Of a stretch of 64,000 nucleotides of DNA, positions 22,401-33,320 are shown one piece after another. Under the pieces are notes generated by a model. The model searched no databases. It was not told the origin of the DNA and worked only from the letters and a program-made list of their open reading frames with translations. The DNA is taken from positions 108,482 through 172,481 of the forward strand of contig JBNKCO010000060.1 in the NCBI GenBank assembly GCA_050287785.1. The letters are read 5' to 3'. This stretch comes from Bacteroidales bacterium. Lineage in GTDB: Bacteria > Bacteroidota > Bacteroidia > Bacteroidales > UBA10428. Each line of letters opens with the position of its first letter. The stretch's first letter is position 1. A program made the position numbers and the translations under genes.

Positions 22401-23098
22401 CAAATGGGGTTGTTGGCTTTTATCCTGCAAATTCGGTAGGCGATGATATTGAAATTTACAAAGATGAAAGTCGTTCTGAAATTCTAACTGTTTTTAGAAA
22501 TTTAAGAAATCAGGTTGAGAAAGAAGAAGGATTACCTAATTTATGCCTTTCCGACTTTATTGCTCCGAAAGAAAGTGGAAAAATTGATTACCTGGGAGCT
22601 TTTGCAGTAACAACAGGTATAGGAGTAGATAAATTAGTGAAACAATTTGAAGCCGATCACGACGATTATAATAGTATTCTTGTTAAAGCATTGGCTGATA
22701 GACTTGCTGAAGCCTTTACTGAACTTATACATTTGAAGATTAGGAAAGAGCTTTGGGGGTATGCCAAGGAAGAAGATCTTTCATTGAACGATTTGTTGTT
22801 AGAGAACTATCAGGGTATTAGGCCAGCTCATGGATATCCGGCATGTCCTGAGCATTCAGAGAAAGAAACCTTATTTGATTTGCTTAGAGCATCTGATGAC
22901 GCCGGAATTACCTTAACTGAGTCTTTCTCAATGGTACCTGCAGCATCTGTAAGTGGATTGGTATTTTCGCATCCACAATCGAAATATTTTTTTATTGGCA
23001 AAATAGGAAAAGATCAAGTGATTGATTATGCGAGCAGAAAAGGTGTTTCGCCTGAGATTGTTGAAAAATGGCTTGCATCTGAACTAAATTACATGTAG
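19415..23098 (+). CDS. metH: Cobalamin-dependent methionine synthase
   Basis: 1227 aa with all modules: Hcy-binding, pterin-binding, B12-binding ([10 protein letters not shown], the DxHxxG motif) and an AdoMet reactivation domain. Confidence 0.97.
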   Translation: MNRKEIIQELLQKKVLLLDGAMGSLIQDYKLAEEDYRGNRFLDSKIDLKGNNDLLSITQPQIIEEIHERYLEAGSDLIETNTFNANRVSQADYALEELCYEMNFESAKIARKAADKYTKLTPDKPRFVVGSIGPTNKTASMSPDVNDPGFRAIHFEELVEAYAEEVRGLMDGGADVLMVETIFDTLNAKAALFAIKKVYKEQNSELPVMVSGTITDASGRTLSGQTVEAFLNSLSHVNLLSIGLNCALGAKEMLPHIEELSAKAPFHISAHPNAGLPNQFGGYDESPEHMAAQLEEYLAEGSVNIIGGCCGTTPEHIAAFSKIIEKHNNRKLPEIEKQTKLSGLEPLTITRESNFINIGERTNVSGSKKFARLIREEEFDKALSVARDQVEGGAQIIDICMDDAMLDAEASMVKFLNLVMAEPEIARVPIMIDSSKWSVIESGLKYVQGKCIVNSISLKEGEDQFKEQAQKILSYGAAVVVMAFDEKGQADSFERKKEICKRAYDILTEEVGFPAENIIFDPNILAIATGIEEHNNYGVDFINATRWIKENLPYAKVSGGVSNLSFSFRGNNTVREAMHSAFLYHATKAGMDMGIVNPSMLEVYDNIPKDLLELVEDVILNKRDDATERLIDFAETVKQTDKKEKKTDEWRMKPVNERLSYALVKGIADFVEADVLEAKESFPRTINVIEGPLMDGMGVVGDLFGEGKMFLPQVVKSARVMKKAVATLLPFIEEENAGEGGVDVSIGKILLATVKGDVHDIGKNIVGVVLACNNYEIIDLGVMVPTEKIIEVAKERNVDIIGLSGLITPSLEIMSDFAREMEKQGIIKPLMIGGATTSKIHTAIKIMPHTGAPVIHVKDASKSVGVVNSLLSNELRDSYIEKVKSEYTQLRDNYAGSSSKVKYKSLEEARHNKFEIDWENTNIVRPEFIGTKVFSNYPLSEIREYMNWVFFFVVWQLRGKFPEILDDPKIGEEARKLYDDANRMLDKIVEENLITANGVVGFYPANSVGDDIEIYKDESRSEILTVFRNLRNQVEKEEGLPNLCLSDFIAPKESGKIDYLGAFAVTTGIGVDKLVKQFEADHDDYNSILVKALADRLAEAFTELIHLKIRKELWGYAKEEDLSLNDLLLENYQGIRPAHGYPACPEHSEKETLFDLLRASDDAGITLTESFSMVPAASVSGLVFSHPQSKYFFIGKIGKDQVIDYASRKGVSPEIVEKWLASELNYM

Positions 23099-23131
23099 AA
23101 TTGCGAATTATATCAAAACTGTTGCTTTTAT

Positions 23132-23989
23132 ATGAAAATCACCGAATTATTTCTATCGCAAGAACGTACTTTTTCATTTGAGTTTTTTCCACCAAAAGAT
23201 GAAATCTCATCGGTTGACTTTGGGATAAATGTTGGACAACTAATGCGACTTTCACCCTCGTTTGTTACAGTAACATATGGAGCTGGTGGGTCTAATCAGG
23301 CCCGAACATTTGATTTAGTAGATTACCTACAAAACAAAATTGGATTAACAACAGTAGCACATTATACCTGCGTAAATTCATCAAGAGACCAGATAAAAAA
23401 AGATTTAGAATTTCTTCAATCAATAAACATTGAGAACTTAATGTTGCTTAGGGGAGACCCTCCAAAAGGTGAAAAAGTTTTCAATACTGTTGACAGAGGA
23501 TTTCAATATGCTAGTGAATTAATCTCGTTTGTTGATGAAAATTATGACTTTGCGAAAGCAGGTGCCTGTTATGTCGAGAAACATCCGGAAGCCTCTTCAA
23601 TTGAAGAAGATATTGCGAATCTGGCAACGAAAGTGAAATCAGGAGCAGACTTTTTAATTACTCAGTTATTTTTTGATAATGCACGCTATTTTAGTTTTGT
23701 AGAAAAGGTTCGCGAGGCAGGGATAACCTGTCGGATTATACCTGGAATTATACCAATAACTGCTTATCGTCAAATTGAAAGGTTTACAAACATGTCTGGC
23801 GCTGAGATACCTGAAGAGTTAAGGCTGAGGTTATTAGAAAATAAGAATAACCCTAAAAAAACATATCAAATAGGAGTAGAATATACAATTAAACAATGTC
23901 AGGAATTGCTTGCAGGAGGAGCCCCTGGAATTCATTTCTACACTTTGAATAAATCAAGAGCAGCAATTGAGATTTTTGAATCGCTATAG
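23132..23989 (+). CDS. metF: Methylenetetrahydrofolate reductase
   Basis: 285 aa with the FSFEFFPPK N-terminus and the MTHFR TIM-barrel pattern. It lies 33 nt after metH. Confidence 0.93.
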   Translation: MKITELFLSQERTFSFEFFPPKDEISSVDFGINVGQLMRLSPSFVTVTYGAGGSNQARTFDLVDYLQNKIGLTTVAHYTCVNSSRDQIKKDLEFLQSINIENLMLLRGDPPKGEKVFNTVDRGFQYASELISFVDENYDFAKAGACYVEKHPEASSIEEDIANLATKVKSGADFLITQLFFDNARYFSFVEKVREAGITCRIIPGIIPITAYRQIERFTNMSGAEIPEELRLRLLENKNNPKKTYQIGVEYTIKQCQELLAGGAPGIHFYTLNKSRAAIEIFESL

Positions 23990-24010
23990 AAAAATTAAAG
24001 AGATAAAAAG

Positions 24011-24050
24011 AAGGGGCTTGTTTTTCAACATAAAGAACAGCCCCTTTTTA
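24011..24050. terminator. Terminator between the convergent metF and DUF4190 genes
   Basis: The stem GGGGCTTGTT pairs with AACAGCCCC (one bulge), followed by TTTTTA. Confidence 0.7.
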
Positions 24051-24055
24051 TTATT

Positions 24056-24415
24056 TTAAAAATTAAAGTCACTCCAGATATCTGACATAGAAAGCACTGA
24101 GCCGACGAAAATTAGATATATAATAATGATTATCACCCATAATGCTGATATCGATAGACCTATAATGGCACATACTCTACCTGCTTTTAAGTTTCCCCAG
24201 CCATCATAAGCTTCAGGATTTTCATTGTACATTTTTACGGATTTTCCTGAAATAGCTAATGCTATTATAGCAAGTATTAACCCACCTCCATAACAACAGG
24301 CACCCGCGATAGAAATTATTCCTAGAACTAGCGTTGCAGTAGCATTTGGCAGCATAGATCTCCTTGGTGGGTGATTTTGGTTACTAATATTCTGATTAAC
24401 AACATTTTCTTCCAT
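24056..24415 (-). CDS. Small CCC-motif / DUF4190-like membrane protein
   Basis: 119 aa with two long hydrophobic segments and GIISIAGACCYGGG. Confidence 0.7.
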   Translation of the reverse strand: MEENVVNQNISNQNHPPRRSMLPNATATLVLGIISIAGACCYGGGLILAIIALAISGKSVKMYNENPEAYDGWGNLKAGRVCAIIGLSISALWVIIIIIYLIFVGSVLSMSDIWSDFNF

Positions 24416-24431
24416 AGTATAAATTTTTTAA

Positions 24432-24743
24432 TTAAATAAGAAGTTTAATTATATAACTAGTCAAAATAATTATCGCATTAAAAACAAACATATACAAGAG
24501 TACTTTATGTCCTTGCTTAAATTTAAATATAACATGAAAAACCAGAAAAACCAACATTATAATTAAAGGAATTAATGCCGGAAACATTTTTAATGATTCA
24601 ATAAATTCGCCTCTGATTAAGTAATAGAATGCTCGCTGCATGCCACAACCCGGACATTCAATTCCCAAGTATTTTTTGTACACGCATGATAGCATGTTGT
24701 CTTCAAGCTTGTCAATTACATCGATTGATAAAAAAAGGCTCAT
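24432..24743 (-). CDS. DUF2752-family membrane protein
   Basis: 103 aa with the CPGCGMQRAF motif followed by TM helices. Confidence 0.75.
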   Translation of the reverse strand: MSLFLSIDVIDKLEDNMLSCVYKKYLGIECPGCGMQRAFYYLIRGEFIESLKMFPALIPLIIMLVFLVFHVIFKFKQGHKVLLYMFVFNAIIILTSYIIKLLI

Positions 24744-24845
24744 ATAGTTGCTTATATTCTTTTGTCCAAAATTAAAATTTATTATGTACGCAGTGTTAGT
24801 ATAATTGGTTATAAACTTTAATGAGTATTAATTCTTTTATTTTTT

Positions 24846-26813
24846 CTATGAATCGAGCTTTTTCAAAACAATTTTCTCATTCAGCTTTTTTACTATTTGG
24901 TTGAAATACTGTTTGAGTAAGCTGTATTCATTCGCTTCGTAAACAGCTTTTGTAAATTCATATTCAGCCTGAATTTGAATAATGTTATCATTTACAACAA
25001 TTCTATAGCTTAAATTAAAGTTAGGCTCATGTATCTCTTTTCCCTCCGGCAGAAAATCAGTTGTATATCCTTCAGGTATTGTAATATAGGAATTAAATAT
25101 TCGTTTATTGGCATATGTGAAGTCAATGGGATATTTTCTTTCCGGTTGTTTAAAGGGATTTTCTTCGGGAGGTATCTTAGCAAAGGGAGAAATGTAAATT
25201 TTGTCAAAAACATTTTCTACGGGAGTAGAGCTTCTAAAGGCTAAGGTAAATGGTAAATTCTTACGATCAAAATTTAAGCTTTTTGCTTTAGACTTTAAGT
25301 AAATATCTTTTTTTGTAAAATATTTTTTCTGAGCAGTGTAATTATCATGTAACTTATTTCTATGAAAGAAAGCAATATACCCATCAGAAATTATGGAGTT
25401 TTCTCCATCCAGAGAGTCAAGATTTTCGTTAAGTTTCATAATTAAGTTGTACTTAATGCTTGAAGGATACTCACTTATTAAGCTAGCCCATTGTTCTTGG
25501 TCTTTTCTTAAGACTAAACCATCGTCATTAATACATCGGGTTGGTAAAATATGATAGGGAAGATTTCTTTCAGTGGCATCTAGTAATAGGCTTTTCCCAT
25601 TCGAAAAATCCGCTAACACTGCCAGATAATTAAAAGTTTCGAGGTAGGGATAGTCAATCTTTATTTTGCCATTAGAACGTGTGCTAATTAAAACCGGATA
25701 GGCAGTGATACCTGCTTCATTTAATAGCCCCGTGAGTAATAAATTTATTTCTGAGCAATTTCCAGATTTTGTAGAAAGAAATTCTTTTGCAGTTTGGATA
25801 GGAATATAGCCATATCTGCCATTCCATTCATAGTTAGATTTTATGTATTCAGAAATTATTTCTGTAATCTTCAATTCATCGGTCTCTGTTAAATTAATTT
25901 CCTCTAACATCTTATTGGCCTTTCTTTCTACCGAATTCTTGAACCCACCTAAATCCTGTTTTGATAACATATTTTTCGCTAGTTTTGGCCAAGTAGATAG
26001 TACTTGAATTTTCGCCCCATTTGGATGATTTATCTCAGCCAGTTGGAAGTTTATTTTCATAATATAATCATTGCGGGAAGTTATATAGCCTTCATCGTAA
26101 AAGGCAGGAATATCAATCATTCCAAATTCATATACTTTATGTTTATACTCGATTCCTGCATAATATTGAGGTAACCCTTCCTCAACATAATCTCTAAAAG
26201 TGTTGAACTTTGTTGCTCCTTGTAAATACCACGCAAAGGAATAAAATGGATTCATCAGGGCTTCATATTTACTGTACTTTACCGGAATGTCTTGCTGAAA
26301 TTCCCAGTCTTGATAATCAGTAATATGCGGAGTTATAAATTTATATTTATATTCAATGATTGAGCCATCTTTTACTTTTGGAAATGCAAACTTTTTTACT
26401 CGCCACCTGTCATTTATAGCTTCTTCATATATTTTTGAAGGTTCCAGAGGTGTCCTTATTACGCCTGTTTCTGTTTGATTATAAGTATAAGCTTCAATGT
26501 CAACAACTTGTTCTTTTTTATAGTTTTTAACATAAAATGGTAGCTCTATTTCAGCATATTCATAGCCAGCTTGGTTAAATATTTTAATTTTTCGGCGATG
26601 TTCAAACTGTAATTCTAAACCACCATCATGGTTTTCAATAATTGATGTTTTGCCAATGTCATAAAGTATTAATGCTGGGGCATCTTTATCCTTTTCATAA
26701 CTTTTAAGGTTAACTTCGTTTGACGTAATTTTCTTAAATTCATAAGAATAGTCTTGTGCAATTGCTGCTAAAGATGTTGCCAATAAGAGGATGTAAAAGA
26801 AAACTGATTTCAT
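24846..26813 (-). CDS. DUF3857 + transglutaminase-like domain protein
   Basis: 655 aa with a signal peptide and a transglutaminase-core-like SGNCSEINLLLTGLLNEAGI. It is a paralogue of the next gene. Confidence 0.75.
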   Translation of the reverse strand: MKSVFFYILLLATSLAAIAQDYSYEFKKITSNEVNLKSYEKDKDAPALILYDIGKTSIIENHDGGLELQFEHRRKIKIFNQAGYEYAEIELPFYVKNYKKEQVVDIEAYTYNQTETGVIRTPLEPSKIYEEAINDRWRVKKFAFPKVKDGSIIEYKYKFITPHITDYQDWEFQQDIPVKYSKYEALMNPFYSFAWYLQGATKFNTFRDYVEEGLPQYYAGIEYKHKVYEFGMIDIPAFYDEGYITSRNDYIMKINFQLAEINHPNGAKIQVLSTWPKLAKNMLSKQDLGGFKNSVERKANKMLEEINLTETDELKITEIISEYIKSNYEWNGRYGYIPIQTAKEFLSTKSGNCSEINLLLTGLLNEAGITAYPVLISTRSNGKIKIDYPYLETFNYLAVLADFSNGKSLLLDATERNLPYHILPTRCINDDGLVLRKDQEQWASLISEYPSSIKYNLIMKLNENLDSLDGENSIISDGYIAFFHRNKLHDNYTAQKKYFTKKDIYLKSKAKSLNFDRKNLPFTLAFRSSTPVENVFDKIYISPFAKIPPEENPFKQPERKYPIDFTYANKRIFNSYITIPEGYTTDFLPEGKEIHEPNFNLSYRIVVNDNIIQIQAEYEFTKAVYEANEYSLLKQYFNQIVKKLNEKIVLKKLDS

Positions 26814-26818
26814 ATTTT

Positions 26819-28672
26819 TTAGTTTAATAGGATAACATTTTTTTTGTCGGCATTTTTTACCTCAGAAATAAATTTATAGAACTCAGAGTATTCTTCCAAG
26901 TTGTATTTGCCAGGGTTTAAGATAAATTTTCTGATGGCTGTAATTTTGTTTTGTTCAACTATGTATTTAATTGAATATTCTCCAAACTTGGTCTTAAACT
27001 CTTGGTTTTCTGAATTCTTGGATACTTTTAAACGTTGGGGGAGATTATAAACCACAGTATCCAGATTTGATAATGGATAATGAATCCAAACCGGATGTCT
27101 TCTCTCTGCTGGTTTTGTGAATTTAGGTATATTAGCAGGAAAGACTTTTAAAAAGTAATCGCTACCATACTGTTTTAATAAATTACTGGAGCTAGCATTA
27201 ATTATAGTTGTTATTGAAGCTGAGTTTTTGTTTTCTTCTTCTATCTCCCAATTGTTAAGAGTATATTGTGGTATGGGTAGGAAATATCTAAAGAAATCAT
27301 CCTGATCTTTTTTGTTATATTCTCTTAGAATAGAATTTATTGTTTCATAATCATCGCCCTTAGCCTTTGTTTTACATGTAACTTTTGATTCGCCAACTTC
27401 AGTAACCTCAAAGTTATAACTAGAAGAGGTTTGAACATCAGCCCATGTTAGTTTTGGAGTTTTGATGAAATGTGATTTTTCTCCGTTAATTACTAAAGCG
27501 TTTCTGTTTTGAGTAAATGTTCCCAGATAACCAAGTGGATTATTCTTGCTTGTGCATTCAATCCATATAGTATCTTGTTCTAATGGGGTCATTAGGAATA
27601 CATGATTAAACTGCTGACAGGGGAAACTAGTATCAATTTCACTAATATTCTCACCTGCATGAATTATAGTGTAGTACGACTCAATTCCTGCATAGCTAAG
27701 AATTGAAAGCATATAATTTGTGAGAGCTTTACAATCGCCATATTTTGTTTTTGCAACATATGATGCCGAATATGGTTGAAGCCCACCTATGCCAAGTCCA
27801 ACATATATATATCTGGTGTTTTCTTGCAAAAATTTATATAGAGCTTCAATTTTTGAATAGGGATCAGAATGATTTTTAATAATTCTCGAGATTATAATCT
27901 TTTCACTTTCAGGAAGGGTTTGAAGTCCATCCATTAAATGCTGTTGCCATTCTCCAAATTCCTGCCAGGAGTTTTGCATTCCTTTAATTCCGTAATTAAA
28001 AATTTTGGGCACAATTTGCACCTGGGGTTGTATTGCTTCAATAGGTGGTGAGAAAGGTTCCTTGTGGTATTGCTCTATGTACTCAGATTTCCAAATATAA
28101 GTTATACTGGAGTTTGATTCTGTTACCTCTTTTTTATCAACGCCTTTTTCTTTAATATTGATTTGATAATCTTTAGGTACAGTAAGGCTTAAAGAAGCTT
28201 TGGATGTAGGAAAGTCTTTTCTGTAAACAGCATTCCAATTAGCAATAAATAAAAAGTCTGTATATAATAATTCATATTCGCACTTAATTGTATATGGGTA
28301 CTCATTGTGTCGCAAAACAAAATATTTAATGAAATCATCTTCATATAAAGAAAAATCTGCCACAGCACTGTGAGTTTCGATTTCTTTTTTGTTTAAACTT
28401 CTGATTTTGTATCCATTTGTATCTTCAATCCATGCGTTAACACTAACTAATCGATTGTTTCCTGAATAAGGAATGTAAAAATGCGTTAAATTTTCGCCAT
28501 CCCTATTGAGTATTGTAATAGATAGCTTTACTTTCTTGGTAAGCTTCTCGTTGTTTACGAAATAATCAGTTTGAAAATTATTTACGATACCATTACTGAT
28601 TTGGGCATAAGAGGGATTTAAAAGAATTATTACCCCGATAATTATATAGAGGTGACGATATCGAGATTTCAT
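26819..28672 (-). CDS. DUF3857 + transglutaminase-like domain protein
   Basis: 617 aa with a signal peptide and YGDCKALTNYMLSILSYAGI. There is only a 5-nt gap to its paralogue. Confidence 0.75.
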   Translation of the reverse strand: MKSRYRHLYIIIGVIILLNPSYAQISNGIVNNFQTDYFVNNEKLTKKVKLSITILNRDGENLTHFYIPYSGNNRLVSVNAWIEDTNGYKIRSLNKKEIETHSAVADFSLYEDDFIKYFVLRHNEYPYTIKCEYELLYTDFLFIANWNAVYRKDFPTSKASLSLTVPKDYQINIKEKGVDKKEVTESNSSITYIWKSEYIEQYHKEPFSPPIEAIQPQVQIVPKIFNYGIKGMQNSWQEFGEWQQHLMDGLQTLPESEKIIISRIIKNHSDPYSKIEALYKFLQENTRYIYVGLGIGGLQPYSASYVAKTKYGDCKALTNYMLSILSYAGIESYYTIIHAGENISEIDTSFPCQQFNHVFLMTPLEQDTIWIECTSKNNPLGYLGTFTQNRNALVINGEKSHFIKTPKLTWADVQTSSSYNFEVTEVGESKVTCKTKAKGDDYETINSILREYNKKDQDDFFRYFLPIPQYTLNNWEIEEENKNSASITTIINASSSNLLKQYGSDYFLKVFPANIPKFTKPAERRHPVWIHYPLSNLDTVVYNLPQRLKVSKNSENQEFKTKFGEYSIKYIVEQNKITAIRKFILNPGKYNLEEYSEFYKFISEVKNADKKNVILLN

Positions 28673-28886
28673 AGGATGTTTAAACTATTTATACTTAACA
28701 AATTGGTTAATTAATTATCATTCAGTCAAGTATTTGAATGAAGCTGTAACGTGTCTAAGATTTTTTTTGCAAGTAAGCAAACAGAATTGAGAATTCAAAG
28801 TTTTTATGTAGATGAATAACTATTTATATGTTTTTGAATTAAGGTCAAGAACCGTGATTGAATTATGATTAGGAATTTTACTAATT

Positions 28887-28902
28887 TGGCAGCCAAATTG
28901 AA
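28887..28902 (+). promoter_or_regulatory. Candidate sigma54 (-24/-12) promoter
   Basis: TGGCAG-ccaaa-TTGAA compared with the consensus TGGCAC-N5-TTGCW. It lies 15 nt upstream of the kinase ATG. The -12 GC is replaced by GA, so the match is weak. Confidence 0.25.
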
Positions 28903-28916
28903 TCCTTTTCAACTTC

Positions 28917-31478
28917 ATGAGGAAGTATGCTGTAGAGATAAAGATTATTGTACTGATTACTTTTGCTGTTATAGCTGTTTTTGCTGCAGGGTATTTAGCA
29001 TACAATAGCATAAACTTCATTCTTTCTACAATAAAGAAAGGAGCCCAGCCAAATTATTCCCTGTTAATTCTTAAAGAAATAAACAGTAGTTTACAAAGAG
29101 GGGAAAGTCAGGTTGAGTATTACAATCTTACTAATGATGAGAAATATCTTCAATCTTACAATGAAGTAATATCTATTGTTGAAAACAGAATAGATAGTCT
29201 TGTGGTTTATAGCAGAGGAAATAGTCTGAGAGAGGCACAGATCGATACTATTAGTACTTTACTTAATCAAAAATTCAGAATATGGCAAGTAATGATAAAG
29301 CAGTCTAATGATGATAGATTGGAGGATGCTTTAACAAAACTATCGAATGTTTTTGAGGTTGTCCCGGATTCTATGACTCTGCAGGTTCCTAAGAGTGTTA
29401 CTGTAGAAGTACCTGACACAACAAATATACAGTTAGAGGTTGAGTCTCAAGATGAAAAGGAAGGCTTTTTTTCGCGATTATTTAAGAAGAAACCCGAACC
29501 TATACCTATAGAATCTCCCCAAGAAATTGATAGTATTATTGTTGAGGAAATTATTGAATCAAAAGACACATTAATTGCGGTTGGGGTAGATAAAACAATA
29601 ATTCAAAGTGAGATTGGTAGGCTGAAAGAGCAAGTAGGAGAGCAAATGAGAGAATCTACAGCCTTTGAGATTACTCTTAAACATAAAAATAGTCAGGTAA
29701 CAAATCAATTGGCAAATCTGATTTCAAGAATTGAAAGTGATGAATTAGAATCTATTATGAAAAAGGCTCAGGAAGCCAATAGATTGGTTCGTATTACAAA
29801 TAGATGGTCAACGGTTTTTTTGATAATGTTTTTTATCCTTTTAATTGGTGTAGTATATGTGATTCAACGATATGTCAGAAAAACCAGTGCTACTCAAATT
29901 GCCTTAACAAACGCAAAAGATGCGGCTTTAAAGCTTAGTCAGACCAAACAACAGTTTTTGGCGAATATGAGTCATGAAATTAGAACTCCAATGAATGCAA
30001 TTGTTGGATTTACTGAGCAAATTCTTCAGATGCCAATAGAGGGGCAATCGAGAGAACAATTAGAAATTGTAAAAAGCTCAGCCGATCATCTGTTAAACCT
30101 GATTAATGATATTTTAGATTTTTCTAAGCTTGAGGCAGGAAAAGTCATGTTAGATTATTATCCATTCAATGTAAAAGAATTATTTTATCAGGCATATCAA
30201 CTTTATAAACCTTCAGCAGATTTAAAGAATGTCAGATTTAAGGTCGATCTCAATAAGAATGTTCCAAATGTTCTTGTTGGAGATTCTTTCCGACTTAGAC
30301 AGATTGTTTTTAATTTACTGAGTAATGCAATAAAATTTACCGATAAGGGGCAGGTTATAGTCTATGCAAAGTCTAAGAAGCTTAAACAAAATAATGTTAA
30401 ACTTATTATTGAAGTAAAAGATTCTGGAATTGGAATTCCTGTAGAGAAGTTGAAATCTATTTTTGAAGAATTTACACAGGCAGATATTTCAATTTCCAGG
30501 AGTTATGGAGGAACGGGTTTAGGTCTGTCAATAGTAAGAAAACTTGTAAATCTTCATGAAGGAAAGATTAGTGTCGAGAATGTTAAGGAGGGTGGAGCTT
30601 GCTTCATAGTCGAAATTCAATATGCAATTGGAGATGAAAAGGATATTGTAAAGGAAGAAAAGATGCAGTCGCCTAATTCAATAGATTTGTCTGAATTTCA
30701 TTTTATTATTGCTGATGACGATGAGTATAACAGAAAGTTAATACAGCATATTTTAGAGAAATGGAAACTAAATTTCACTATTGTCCAAAATGGAGCGGAA
30801 GTGCTTAAGGCTATAGAAAAGAAGGAATACCATTTGTTATTACTTGATATACATATGCCAGGAATGAATGGATTTGAGGTGGCAAAAAAGATTAGGTCTT
30901 CTAAGAATTCTAAAATACGAAAATTACCAATTGTGGCATTAACAGCAACGGTTGAAAAAGAAGAGCAAAAAAAATCTAGAGAAGTAGGGATAAACGATTT
31001 GCTAGCAAAACCTTATACAGAGGCTGATTTATATAGTAAACTGGTTGAAATTCTAAAAATTGACAAGGTTAGAGGGAAGAAAAATATTAAGGTTTTAAAA
31101 CCACAATTAAGAACTACAGAAAAAGAAGAAACAATGTCGGAGTTTGAAGACTTATACTCTCTATCTAATAATGATAAAGCATTTGTTGAAGATATGTTAC
31201 AAATGTTTGTTACCAATACAAAGAAAGACTTAATTAATATTAAGAGTGCATTCACAAAGAAGAACTGGAAAGAGCTGGCAGAATTGGCTCATAAAATAAA
31301 AGCGCCATGCAAACATCTTGATGCTAAAGAACTTTCTGTATTGTTGAAACAATTAGAGCTAACAGCCAGGGAAGGAACGAATGAAGCTTTAATAACTGAA
31401 TTACACGAAAAATCCTTAAATGGTGTAGATTTGCTGATTGAAAAGGTTAACAATCATTTAAAAAATAACTTTGCCTGA
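28917..31478 (+). CDS. Hybrid sensor histidine kinase (HisKA-HATPase-REC-HPt)
   Basis: 853 aa with the H-box FLANMSHEIRTPMNAI, the G-box GGTGLGLSIV, a receiver (IIADDDE..LLLLDIHMPGMNG) and a C-terminal HPt (AHKIKAPCKHL). Confidence 0.93.
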   Translation: MRKYAVEIKIIVLITFAVIAVFAAGYLAYNSINFILSTIKKGAQPNYSLLILKEINSSLQRGESQVEYYNLTNDEKYLQSYNEVISIVENRIDSLVVYSRGNSLREAQIDTISTLLNQKFRIWQVMIKQSNDDRLEDALTKLSNVFEVVPDSMTLQVPKSVTVEVPDTTNIQLEVESQDEKEGFFSRLFKKKPEPIPIESPQEIDSIIVEEIIESKDTLIAVGVDKTIIQSEIGRLKEQVGEQMRESTAFEITLKHKNSQVTNQLANLISRIESDELESIMKKAQEANRLVRITNRWSTVFLIMFFILLIGVVYVIQRYVRKTSATQIALTNAKDAALKLSQTKQQFLANMSHEIRTPMNAIVGFTEQILQMPIEGQSREQLEIVKSSADHLLNLINDILDFSKLEAGKVMLDYYPFNVKELFYQAYQLYKPSADLKNVRFKVDLNKNVPNVLVGDSFRLRQIVFNLLSNAIKFTDKGQVIVYAKSKKLKQNNVKLIIEVKDSGIGIPVEKLKSIFEEFTQADISISRSYGGTGLGLSIVRKLVNLHEGKISVENVKEGGACFIVEIQYAIGDEKDIVKEEKMQSPNSIDLSEFHFIIADDDEYNRKLIQHILEKWKLNFTIVQNGAEVLKAIEKKEYHLLLLDIHMPGMNGFEVAKKIRSSKNSKIRKLPIVALTATVEKEEQKKSREVGINDLLAKPYTEADLYSKLVEILKIDKVRGKKNIKVLKPQLRTTEKEETMSEFEDLYSLSNNDKAFVEDMLQMFVTNTKKDLINIKSAFTKKNWKELAELAHKIKAPCKHLDAKELSVLLKQLELTAREGTNEALITELHEKSLNGVDLLIEKVNNHLKNNFA

Positions 31479-31525
31479 TAATTTTTCTAAATTATTTCAG
31501 GAATAATAACAATCTAATCAAATTA

Positions 31526-32866
31526 ATGAATAAAAAAGCATTTAAAATATTTGTTGTAGAGGATAATGAATGGTACAATAAACTACTGGTTCATAATCTT
31601 GAGCTAAATCCTGATTATGAAGTTGTTAGTTTTCTAAATGGGGCCGATTGTTTAAATAACCTCAACGATCAGCCAGATGTAATTACATTAGATTATAGAC
31701 TACCTGATATGACAGGTAGTGAAGTCTTGAACAGAGTAAAAAAAGAAAACAAGGATATTGAAGTAATACTAATATCTGAGCAGGATGACATAGAAGTAGT
31801 TGTTGATTTATTAAAACAAGGAGCTTATGATTACATTGTTAAATCAAACGATATTCGAGAACGACTGCTAAATACAATTGCAAATATTCAGGAAAGTGCA
31901 TCACTAAAGAGTGAACTCAATACATTAAGGCAAGAAGTTCAGCAGAAGTACGATTTTCAAAATACAATTATTGGAAATAGTAAGGCAATTAAGGACGTAT
32001 ATAGTCTTATTGAGAAGGCAGCTAGAACAAATATAACTGTAACTATAACAGGAAATACTGGTACAGGAAAAGAATTAGTAGCTAAAGCAGTACATTATAA
32101 TTCGGCTAGAAAAGACAGGCCGTTTGTGCCTATAAACGTAGCAGCTGTTCCGTCAGAGCTTATTGAGAGTGAGTTATTCGGGCATGAAAAGGGATCTTTT
32201 ACCGGAGCAAGCTTTAAACGAATTGGAAAATTTGAGGAAGCACATAGTGGAACTTTGTTTTTAGATGAAGTAACAGAAATGGATGCTCCATTCCAAACTA
32301 AATTACTGCGCGCTTTGCAAGAAAGGGAAATAATCAGAGTTGGAAGTAATAAACCAATAAAGTTTGATTGCCGGATTATAGTTGCCAGCAATAAGAAATT
32401 GCAGGATGAGGTTAAAAATGGAAATTTTAGAGAAGATTTGTATTATCGTTTGATGGGCTTGCCTATTCATTTACCTCCATTAAACGAAAGAGATAATGAT
32501 GTTATTATTCTCTCGAAATTCTTTATTGATGAGTTTTGCAGGGAGAACGACATAAAACCAAAGCATTTAGATTCAACAGCACAAAAGAAGCTGCTATATT
32601 ATAACTTTCCAGGAAATATTCGCGAGCTAAAATCAGTAATTGATTTAGCTGTGACAATGTCTGTATCAAATGAAATTACTGCAGACGATATTATATTACA
32701 TGCTGCAGATGCTGCAACTAATGTTTTGAACGAGGAACTTACTTTAAAGGAGTATGAGCGTAAAATTGTAGATGCATACCTCAAGAAGTATGATAATAAC
32801 ATAAAGCTTGTAGCCGAAAAACTTGAAATAGGCCAGTCTACAATTTACAGAATGCTTAAAGAATAA
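31526..32866 (+). CDS. Sigma54-dependent response regulator (NtrC family)
   Basis: 446 aa with a REC domain, AAA+ Walker A GNTGTGKE, the sigma54-contact loop GSFTGA and a C-terminal Fis-type HTH. Confidence 0.93.
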   Translation: MNKKAFKIFVVEDNEWYNKLLVHNLELNPDYEVVSFLNGADCLNNLNDQPDVITLDYRLPDMTGSEVLNRVKKENKDIEVILISEQDDIEVVVDLLKQGAYDYIVKSNDIRERLLNTIANIQESASLKSELNTLRQEVQQKYDFQNTIIGNSKAIKDVYSLIEKAARTNITVTITGNTGTGKELVAKAVHYNSARKDRPFVPINVAAVPSELIESELFGHEKGSFTGASFKRIGKFEEAHSGTLFLDEVTEMDAPFQTKLLRALQEREIIRVGSNKPIKFDCRIIVASNKKLQDEVKNGNFREDLYYRLMGLPIHLPPLNERDNDVIILSKFFIDEFCRENDIKPKHLDSTAQKKLLYYNFPGNIRELKSVIDLAVTMSVSNEITADDIILHAADAATNVLNEELTLKEYERKIVDAYLKKYDNNIKLVAEKLEIGQSTIYRMLKE

Positions 32867-33275
32867 GAGGCCTCGAATATTTAGTAGTTTTTCATTATAA
32901 GTGAAACTTTCTTGTATAATTTTTCTCATTTTGAGAAAATTCCTCCCAAAATGACAATGTTTCTTGTCGGTTCAAAAATGTAAATGCCACAATAATAAGG
33001 AGTTAGGGTGTTGTTTTATTTGCGGCACGTTATTAGTAATTGTTGTAACCAATATGATAATAGAACAATTAAATAAAAAACATCTTACAAGTAGAATAAA
33101 GAAAGATATGATTAGGGTTGCATTTAGGTATTTCTCTTGTAAGCTATCATTAACAATGTAATACAACCAAACCAAATTATATTTGTATTAAAAAAGCAGA
33201 TTAGGTTAAAGAAACTACAAAACTGTAATGACTACATCGCAAACATTATGCAAAAACTACTAACTAAACCTATAG

Positions 33276-33320
33276 GGGCTATCAACCGGGCAAGTTGATA
33301 CCCCCTACTGCTTTTTTTTA
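33276..33320 (+). terminator. Strong intrinsic terminator-like hairpin immediately upstream of the 33337 CDS
   Basis: The stem GGGGCTATCAAC pairs with GTTGATACCCCC (12 bp, one mismatch) around the loop CGGGCAA. It is followed by TACTGCTTTTTTTT and ends 17 nt before the ATG. Confidence 0.7.

Noticed and set aside
33020-33040. CGGCACGTTATTAGT considered as a sigma54 -24/-12 promoter for the NtrC-type regulator's target
   Set aside because: The -12 element is TAGT instead of TTGC, and the first G of the GG element lies in a poor context. This is no better than chance in AT-rich DNA.
32964-33175. Two mutually overlapping 65/67-aa ORFs on opposite strands in the gap after the NtrC gene
   Set aside because: They overlap each other almost completely, are Cys/Ile/Leu-biased and lack signals. 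Neither can be supported.
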